A DNA stretch of 64,000 nucleotides from Parcubacteria group bacterium GW2011_GWC1_36_108 (GTDB lineage: Bacteria > Patescibacteriota > Minisyncoccia > Moranbacterales > GWC2-37-73), in the NCBI GenBank assembly GCA_000991245.1, contig LBRD01000008.1:1686-65685 (forward strand). Reading direction: 5' to 3'. Below the pieces are notes generated by a model. The model was not told where the DNA came from. It saw only the letters and a list, made by a program, of their open reading frames with translations, and made no database searches. Position 1 is the stretch's first letter. Each line of letters starts with the position of its first letter. Shown here piece by piece: positions 17,947-27,100 of this stretch. The position numbers were made by a program, and so were the translations under genes.

Positions 17947-20377
17947 AGCAACTGATTGCCCGACAGAATAATAGATTGCGGTTGCTGCTTCGTCGGCGCC
18001 GATATCCCATATTGTGCTTGAAGATGATGGACGGGTTTGATTGTCGATGTCAGTGTTGAATGCAAAATTAGCATCCGCTGATAAGTCGCTACCAGAATTC
18101 TTCGCTGATGTGTCGCTAGGACTCAAGTGGAAATCCTTATTGGCTACGTCGACAAAAGATACTGTCTGATTTATCTTTGAATTGACTGGGTTGGTCAAAT
18201 TATTGGCAGTTGCGTCAGAAGAAATATTATTAACGGAACTTTTTCCATCATTCAGGTAAGCTGATACAACATTATAATCAATTACATTTCCAAATGCGAT
18301 ATTATTACCAAAACCAGCCAAAGATTTATACATATTTGTACCACCAAAATACGCTCCAGTCCCACACCCATACATTGTATTATTATAATAAACATTATTA
18401 CTATAATTACCCTGTTGATCAATGCTTAATCCAGCCACATCAAAATTATAAATAATATTATTAAAAGATTTAAAATTATATCCAAAACGAACAGCTATAC
18501 CACTGTGACCAGTAGTACTTGATTCTCGTTTTAAAATGGAATTTTTAAGTGTTACATAATCAGCATAAGAATTACCAAAAGCATTGGTTGATAACGTGCC
18601 AGCCACAGAAATTTGTAACCCTTCAATTACAGTGTAGTCCTGGTCATTATTGATATATAAAGCATTTGTGCCAGTTGCAGGCACGAGTTTGTATTTCCCA
18701 TCATCCCATTTTCCAGAATGCCTTTGACTCTGATTTACTTCGGTTAAAATATTATTCGGCGTATAAATTTTTATAAAATTACTTGCCCCAGTTGTGTATC
18801 CAGAAACTGTAACCGCAGTTGTATCCGCGCCAGAATCATAGTAGCAAGGGAAATTCAATTGATAATTTCCAGCCACCAAATCCGTTGTATTCAAATGGGT
18901 AGCATCAACTGCGCCAGCTTCGGCAGCTGAAAGTGAAGAGTAGGCGTGGGCGATTGAAGTTACATCGGCATTTGTGACTGCAGTAGGGGCTCCGCCAGTG
19001 GCGGATTGACAACCCCAGACTGTGGTTGAAGTTTTTGATAAAATATAGCAAGCTCCGCCAGTGTAAGTTATCAAATCGCCCACTCCCATATTTGTTGCAG
19101 TTTGCGCGACTGAGAAAGTTGCGGTTCTAGCAATGGCATCTACCGTAACAGTGCCGCTGCCTGTTTCATGAGAATTGGTATTTTGTCCGACACTGTAATA
19201 GATGGCTGTTGCCGCTTCGTCAGCGCCAATATCCCATATTACACTTGAAGACGATGGACGCGTTTGCCCGTCGATGTCAGTATTAAATGCAAAATTAGAA
19301 TCCGCTGATAAGTCGCTACCGGAATTCTTCGCTGATGTGTCGCTAGGGCTTAAGTGAAAATCTTTATTGGCAGCGTCGGCGAAGGCGACAGTGGTGGAAT
19401 TTTTGGAATTCGCACCAGGTGCATCGGCGGCGAGATCGGAAATGTTATAATCTGACCCAGTAAAATTACCAGAGTACACATGAAATCCATCAATATTATT
19501 TTGCGAAATAGAATTTTTTACAACGAAAGTACCGTAATTAGCCCAATAACCGTTGGTTGTATTATATATAGTATTATTATTTGCATACAATATACCGCCA
19601 ATACTATTATTAAATCTCAATCCTATACCACTTGAAGCGTCATATAATATATTATTATAAACCTTATTAATTCCGGAGGAAGCTATATTAACAAGCGTCG
19701 CATTATTACCTACAGTACTCTTTACAATTGAATTGCCAAGTTCCAAATTATTCCCAGCTGCACCAAAAAATATAGCGCCATCTCCGCCAGTTATAAGTGT
19801 TTTTTGTATCTGCAATCCTTGAATTTTTGAATACGGGATATTTACATACAATGCATTAGCCGCATTTGCAACCAATCTATACTTCCCATCATCCCACTTT
19901 CCCTGATGTCTTTGGCTTACATTGGTTTCAGTAGTCGTGCTTGTTGGAGTATATATTTTGATATAATTTGAAACACCTGTCGTATATCCAGAAACTGTCA
20001 CCGCCGTTGTATCCGCTGCACTGTCATAATAACAAGGGAAATTGAGCTGATAATTTCCTGTTACTAAATCTGTAGTGTTGAGATGATTGGCGTCAACCGC
20101 ACCAGTAACTGCAGCAGACAAACTTGTGTATTCATGTTTAATTGAAACGACGGTTGAAGTTGTGATGTCAGCAGGAACTGCTCCAGTTTTTGTCACAAGA
20201 TTCCAAACTGAAGTTGATGTTTTTCCACTTGCAATTGTGACAGTCGGCGTGCCAGTTTTTAAATCAGCAGCAGATTGCCCAATTGAATAGTAGATTGCAG
20301 TGGCTGCGTGTGCCTGTGAGGAAAACGCGAAAAAACCGATAGCGAAAAATGCCGCCGCCAAGAAAAATCGAACACCC

Positions 20378-20419
20378 GTAGAGACGCGATTAATCGCGTC
20401 TCTACCATGCGCGTCTCTA
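20378..20419. repeat. GTAG REP in-frame in the signal-peptide N-region of giant gene 2
   Basis: 20378-20405 is identical to 3504-3531, followed by a partial GCGTCTCTA; encodes RDAHGRDAINRVST. Confidence 0.85.
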
Positions 20420-20502
20420 TCACGATTTTTTGAAAAATATTTTGTTATTTTTACCAATCGCTCATGAGCGAAAGGTTTTGATTTTAGATTCATTTTTTCA
20501 TG

Positions 20503-20553
20503 CTTAAGTTTCTTAAGACACTTAAGGTTCTTACTAAGATTCTTATGTTTCTT
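20503..20553. repeat. 9-bp-period CTTAAG repeat arm downstream of 4HB gene 3
   Basis: CTTAAGTTT CTTAAGACA CTTAAGGTT...; related arm at 21116-21152 and internal copy at 20758-20787. Confidence 0.75.
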
Positions 20554-21115
20554 AATATCCCCTGTATTCCCGTCTTTTTCTGTGCAACTCCTCTGAAAGA
20601 CCACCTTCTTTTTGATGCTTCAATTTCAACGCCTCAACTTGGCGATGGAGAAGCAATGTTGCTTGATGGCAAAGCGTCAGCAGAAAATTTGCAGCTTCTT
20701 CACTTTGCTCTGGTAGTTCAATTGTTTTCAGGAGCTCTTCGGTTTCATACTCCTTGTTTAAGACGCTTAAGTTACTTAGGTTTCTTACGAGTGTCGCGCT
20801 TCGCGCTCGCAGTGCGAGTACTCGCGAGTCATTTTTGTCCCATTTAGAAAGTTTTCTCTGACGCAAAAAATCTTCCAGATCACCAGTCAATTCTTCCAAG
20901 GACCCCTTGGCGATGCCCGTGAGGTTGATGGCCACTTTTAGAGAAACATCCATGTCATCCGAGCCTTCCACGATGTTTTGTTTTCCACTTCTGGCTGCAC
21001 CATCCATTTGCTCTTTCAGTTTCCAACTTTTTATCCATTTTTCAGCAAACTCAACCTCTCGGTCATAGATGATGACCGAAAACCAATAGGTATAAAGTTT
21101 TTTGTATGGTTGCAT
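20552..21115 (-). CDS. Four helix bundle suffix-domain protein (TIGR04258-like)
   Basis: 187 aa; EQMDGAARSGKQNIVEG, GSLEELTGDLEDFLRQR, AANFLL...EGGLSEEL. Confidence 0.9.
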   Translation of the reverse strand: MQPYKKLYTYWFSVIIYDREVEFAEKWIKSWKLKEQMDGAARSGKQNIVEGSDDMDVSLKVAINLTGIAKGSLEELTGDLEDFLRQRKLSKWDKNDSRVLALRARSATLVRNLSNLSVLNKEYETEELLKTIELPEQSEEAANFLLTLCHQATLLLHRQVEALKLKHQKEGGLSEELHRKRREYRGY

Positions 21116-21155
21116 AAGTTTTTTAAGATTCTTGGATTACCTAAGTTTCTTCATG

Positions 21156-24100
21156 TCACAATTTTTCCTCCATAATTATCCAGTCAAAAGAAACGTCTTC
21201 AGTGACAAGATTCTTTACACTAACAGTAAATCCTTCTCCGAATTTTACTTCGGTGACGGCGATTCCTTGATCAAGGGCTACTTTTGGTGTGATGAAAACT
21301 TTTGAAGAAATATTTGCAGCTTTTGTTTTGACAAAGAAAGTTTTTCCATCGCTCTTTGTGTCATCATCTTTGCCGTCGCCATCCAAATCTTTCTTAATTA
21401 AAGTTATTGATGCATCACCGATTGTGCGAGCTTCTGGGTCTAAGACAGATACGATTAATTTGCCCGTTTCCAAACTTTTGACAGTTAATTTTCCAGCAAT
21501 TGCAATGTCGCCAATATCCTCACCCTGCCCAACACCAAGCAGCATTTTTATCAGTGCAATATCTTGAGTGTTTAAATCAATTTGAGCGATGTTTAATTCA
21601 GAATTTGCCTTGATCTGAAGCTCGGTCATTTGATCTTGTAATGTTTCAGCTAAACTCGTTAGGGAGTTTAGGGAATTTAAGATATTTAAATTGTCATTCT
21701 GAACTTGTTTCAGAATCTGATCAGTGTTTGCCAACTGCGCATCAAGACTTGTTTTTGCAACTGCAACTAATTGATTCACCTGATCTTGAATGTTCATACT
21801 AGCAATGTTTAACGTCACAGCTTCTTCAACTTTTTCCACAGTCAAACTTTGATTTCTGCGTGAAATCAAAACTTGAATTGTTCCTTTTTCTCCAGCAAAT
21901 GATTGAATCGCAACACCAACAGTTGATTCGCCCGCATTAGCTTTTCGCAAATATCCGGCAGACTCTGCAGCTGTCAAATTGTCTCCGATTTGAATTACGC
22001 CATTTTCAGTGGAAACTTTTCCAGGAACCTGTCCGAGCATACCGATTATTTTGTAATTTGGATCATTATCGCGCTCGGTTCCATTTCCATTTCCAACAAT
22101 AGACGGATTTGAAGAAACAATACCCATCACATTATTATCGCCAGAACGTGTGCAGCGTTCAACTGAATTTGCGTTAGTTACATCAACACAAACAACTTCT
22201 CCAGACTGAAGATCAATATCTTTAGTATAAAAATATTCCGCATAATCAGCGCCGTTTGTTAGATAACCGTTTTTAGAATTAATTTTAGAAGAAGCGTGCT
22301 GGACATCCAAAATGTATCCCGGAGTTGTTGTGCCGATACCAACACCAAGCGCATTCATTCCACCTGCACCATCAGAAGTTCCATATAATGTTAACATCGC
22401 GTTTCCATCAAGACTTGCTGTGTAGCTATTAACCACGCCAACAGTTGAAGCAGTTGTTACTGCCATATCAATCCAGCTTATTATTCCAGAATCTGCAGAA
22501 AATTCCTGCGTTCCGATAGAAAGACTTCCGATGCTTGTCACGCCACTTGTATCGATTGAGAATTGACTCGTGCCTGCAATTCCATTGCCTGCAAAAATTT
22601 TGAATTTGTTTGAATCAGTCACATCAACTCCCATTGAGAATTGTTGAGCGCCCGCGCCAAGTCGGAAATAGTTATTTGTGTTATCCCAATAAAGGTTGGC
22701 GTTATTTTGGTCATAAATTCCACTTGCGCCTGCAAAAACTAACGAACCTTGAGTGAATTGAGTGGTTGAACCTGTGCCACCATGAGTCACATCGATTGCG
22801 GTTCCGTTCCAAACTCCAGTTGTTATTGTGCCAAGCGTTGTGATTGAACTTGCGCCAGTCCATGTTCCACCAGCAATTGCAGCCAACTCTGCATTATATC
22901 CTTGGACATTTGTTCCGATTGCAAGTCCAAGATTTGTCCTAGCTGTTGCCGCATCAGTCGCGCCAGTTCCACCATTAGCAACAGCAACCGTACCGGAAAG
23001 ATAGGCAGTTGCATCCCAGCTCCAAACTCCGGCAGTGTTTTTCAGTAAACCGTTTGTTGAAGCTGTTGGTAAAGTATATGTTATATCAGCTGCCTGATCT
23101 CCACCTTGCAAATATGAATAGTATGTTGGAGTTGTGCCTGTTTCAATCAAACCAAGTTTTGCTCCCATTTTTACTGCTAAATTAGAAGTGTTACCGTCAC
23201 CACTGGAAGTTCCATAAATCGTCAGCATTACATTTCCATCAAGCATCGCTCCATAACTTTCAACCGTTCCGTTTGTTGCAGCTGACGTTACAGGCATATC
23301 AGTCCATGAAATTGCTCCTGAATTTTCAGCAAATGATTGCGCGCCAAGTTGAAGACTTGCAATGTTCGTCACTCCATTTGTATCTATCGTAAACTGACCA
23401 GTTCCCGCAATTCCACTTCCAGTTGCAATCTTAAATTTGCTTGAATCAGTCGCATCAACACCCATTGAAAATTGTTGAGCGCCCGCGCCAAGTCGGAAAT
23501 AGTTATTTGTATTATCCCAATAAAGGTTGGCATTATTTTGATCATAAATTCCAGAAGCTCCCGCAAAAATTAATGAGCCTTGAGTAAATTGAGTCAATGT
23601 TCCAGAACCACCACTAGTAACCGGTAAAATTCCAGTAACATTTGTTGAAGCTAAATTGATTGCATTAGCAGTTATTTCCTGACCACTTAATGACAAATAA
23701 TTTTCTCCTGCTATGGTTGCAGAGCTGTGAATTGCTGTACTACTCCAGGTCGGAACTCCAGCGACCAAGGTTAAAACTTGCCCATCCGAACCACGAGTAA
23801 TTTTTCCAAGTGTTGAGGTAGTATCCGCATACAACATATCGCCAATAGAATAAGATGCATAACCAGTTCCACCATATTGCGCACCAAGAGCAGTAGAAAG
23901 TGTCAATGAATTGAATGCCACATCTGATGTTGTGTTGATTGTTTGTGGAAGTGAAATCGTAACTGCACCATTTGCAGCTGAAACAGCAACTTGATTAGCA
24001 GTTCCAGCCAAACTTGTCACTCCAGAGTTAGCAATTGAAATTGAACCAGCTCCATTAGTGATAGAAATTCCAGTGCTGGCGGTTAATGTTGCCAAATCAT

Positions 24101-27100
24101 ATCCTGCTCCATTTCCAATTAACAATGTTCCACTAGCTGCACTTGCACCATTAACACCCGTGCCACCATATTGAGCACCAATTGCACTTCCTTGCCAAGC
24201 ACCAGCCACGACCTGACCGGAAGCATTAACTTGAAAAGCATCGTTTGTTCCAACTGTGAAAAGTGAAGCGGGGGTGTTATCACCAATACCAAAATTTCCT
24301 TGATTAACAACTGTGTATCTACTTGATTGAAAAAGTATATCACTTCCAGATCCAGTTAATAATCTTACGCCACTTCCAGCTAAGGTATTACCAATACTTA
24401 ATTGACTACCTGTTTTAAATATACTGCCATTCACATTTATATTTCCATCGACTTCAAGAGCTTCATTAAGGGTTGCAGTTCCAATCCCCAACCTCTTGGC
24501 TATATTATCCCAAAATAAATTACTATTATCTTCAGAATAAATTCCACTAGCTCCAGCAAAAACCAAAGAGCCAGGCGTGAATGCTCCTGCTCCTGTGCCT
24601 CCATTGGCAACTGGTAAAATTCCAGAAACATTAGACGAAGCTAGGTTAATAGCGCCTGCGGTAATTTGTTGATCAATAATAGAAAGATAATTTTCACCGG
24701 CAAGTGTCACCTGGTCATGCACTGAAGCTGATGTTATATAACCAGAGTCATTCGTCCACATTGAAATATTTCCAGACTTGTTAGTCAAGGTATCAGTGCT
24801 TGAAGCGGTAATATACCCCGCGCTAGCATGATCTCCCCAACCATAAGCAGAATTCCAGTTGGTTATATTGGTGCCAGTAATTCCATTTGCAGCAGAAGCA
24901 ACAAAGATTGGATCGGTTTCAGAAAAACTAGTTAAATAACCCTCACTAGCATGATCTCCCCAACCATAAGCAGTGTTCCAATTGGATGAAGATGATATAT
25001 ATGTGTCATTTATTGCAGTACCTTGCCAAATACCAGCAATGACTTGACCGGAAGTGTTAACTTGAAAAAGATCATTGTTTCCGACTGTAAGCATTGATGC
25101 TGGCGAACTATCACCAATTCCCACATTACCAGTATCTGCATCTATCACCATTAATTCATTTGCTCCAGCTGCTTGCAAATCGCCACCCCTATTAAATGTA
25201 AACTTAGTAAGTTGATGTCCAAAAAATTGATAATTAAATGCGTCTGGTGTTCCAATTCCCATTTTCATAGTTGGAAGAGTGCCATAGATATTAACAGCTG
25301 CTCCTCCGGTATAATTTCCAAAGGATAATTTTGCTCCTGGAGTAATCGTTCCAATTCCCAATCTCTTGTTTGTATTGTCCCAAAATAAATTATCATTATC
25401 TTCAGAATAAATTCCACTTGCTCCTGCGAAAACTAAAGAGCCAGCCGTGAATGTTCCTGCTCCAGTACCTCCTCTTGAAACATTCAAATATTGTTCATTG
25501 CCAAGTGTATTTGTGCCTGTCCAATATGTTACATATCCATTAACGCCTGTGCCTGTGATTCCGCCAACCCCAGAAACCGTTGAACATTGCCAGTCTTTTC
25601 CTGTATTATCCCAAGCTAAAACCTCATTGTTTGCACAACCCTGCAACAATGACAGTTGATTATTCAAAGCGCCGGAAAATTGCATTCCAGAAAAAGATGA
25701 GGTGCTAGCAGTTCCACCATTTGCAGAAAGAAGTGCAATTGAAAGCGTGCCGGTTTCTGTAATTGGTCCTCCTGTAAGACCATTGCCAGAGGCAACATTT
25801 GTTACTGTTCCAATTCCACCACTTCCACCTTCTACTGTTCCCCAATACAAATTACTACTTGCATCAATTTTTAAAACCTGCCCGGATGATCCCGCTGCTG
25901 TTGGAAGTGTGTATGCAATGTCACCAGCTTGTGTTCCACTATTTTGAAAAGCAGTTTTATATGTTCCTGATTTTATATTAAGCGCACCATCAATTGTTGT
26001 TCCTGCGAATGTTGGAGAACTTGTTGTCTGTAAGTTTTGATTTATTGAAACATTTGCTCCGGAAATAGTAAGTGTTCTCGAACTGGTTCCTCCGGCAATT
26101 GTAAATCCATCAGCCGCGGAGGCAAGTGTCAGGCCGTTAACAGTTGAAGGCGTAATACTTCCGAGTGTCAGTGTGATAGCTGGAGTTGTTGTTGCATTTG
26201 CAACTGTTCCGGAAATTCCGTTGGCAGTTGTTACTGAAACTGTTGTGACCGTTCCATTTCCATTGGCAACAATATTTCCATTCAATTTCTGAATAGCCTG
26301 TAAAATTGAATCCGTAGCAGCAATTGTGCCAGCGCCTGACACATAATTTGTGAGTAATTTTCCAGTGACTGCGATGTCAGTGAATGATGCGCTTGGAAGT
26401 GCGTTGGTTGCTAGTGTTCCTTGAGCGCTAGTTGCATACGCTGTTGATGCCGTGAATGCTGCCGTTCCTAGAAGTCCTGTGACTGAATTTAGATTTGCAA
26501 CTGTAGCTGTCATTCCTGTTAGGTTCGTAGCGGTAGCAGCATTTCCGGTTGTGTTTTGATTTAGAGTTGGAACATCGGCTACTGCAATTGCTCTCATGGT
26601 TGGCATTCCTGCTGATCCGTTTGGAGCAGCCCAGAAAAAGTTTGCGGTGCTTGATGAAAATGCTGGAGCGTATGATGAAGCTGCTGTATAAGCGGCAGTT
26701 CCGAGTGTTCCACCTGTTGTAACCGTAAGAGTTTGACCAGCTGCAATGTTTAAAGTGTTTGTTCCGTTGGCTGTAACAGTAAGACCATTGTATGTTTTTC
26801 CGGTAAGCGCTGAAGCAATTTTATTGTCCGCTATCGCAGTTGCATTCCAAGTTCCAGTTGCAATTGTTCCAAGCGTTGTGATATTTGTTGAACCTGCCCA
26901 AGTTGAAAGCGCAATATCTTCAACACTTCCAAGTCCAATATCACTTTTCGTAAGAGTTACCCAAACAAGGTCTGCGCCTGCACCATTTGATTTCAAAAGT
27001 TGTCCAGAAGTACCAGGTCCAAGTAGTGACCAAGTTGGAGATACTCCTTGACCAGCAATTATCGCTCCACGAGTTACAGCAGCAGCAGTCGTATCAGAAT

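Larger units (their letters stand above)
14324..20493 (-). pseudogene. Second giant modular beta-helix/LamG protein (4 modules plus 2 LamG), split by a frameshift near 17945 into ORFs 17914..20493 and 14324..17917
   Basis: Upstream ORF ends ...YSVGQSVAEKHQLQFGIL*; the -1 frame continues KTSTSVWNLVTKTGAVPAD as in intact modules; signal peptide ending SQAHA. Could be a real lesion or an assembly error. Confidence 0.7.

Noticed and set aside
20494-20604. N-terminal extension of the 896-aa ORF (similarly 14220-14309, 35655-35690, 40962-41012, 56678-56857)
   Set aside because: These extensions translate repeat arms or overlap other genes; downstream ATGs give normal N-termini.
3541-21115. Diversity-generating retroelement (Avd-like genes near variable surface proteins)
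   Set aside because: No reverse transcriptase in the window, and I saw no TR/VR pair differing only at adenines; the LamG-end similarities are ordinary paralogy. An RT acting in trans cannot be excluded.
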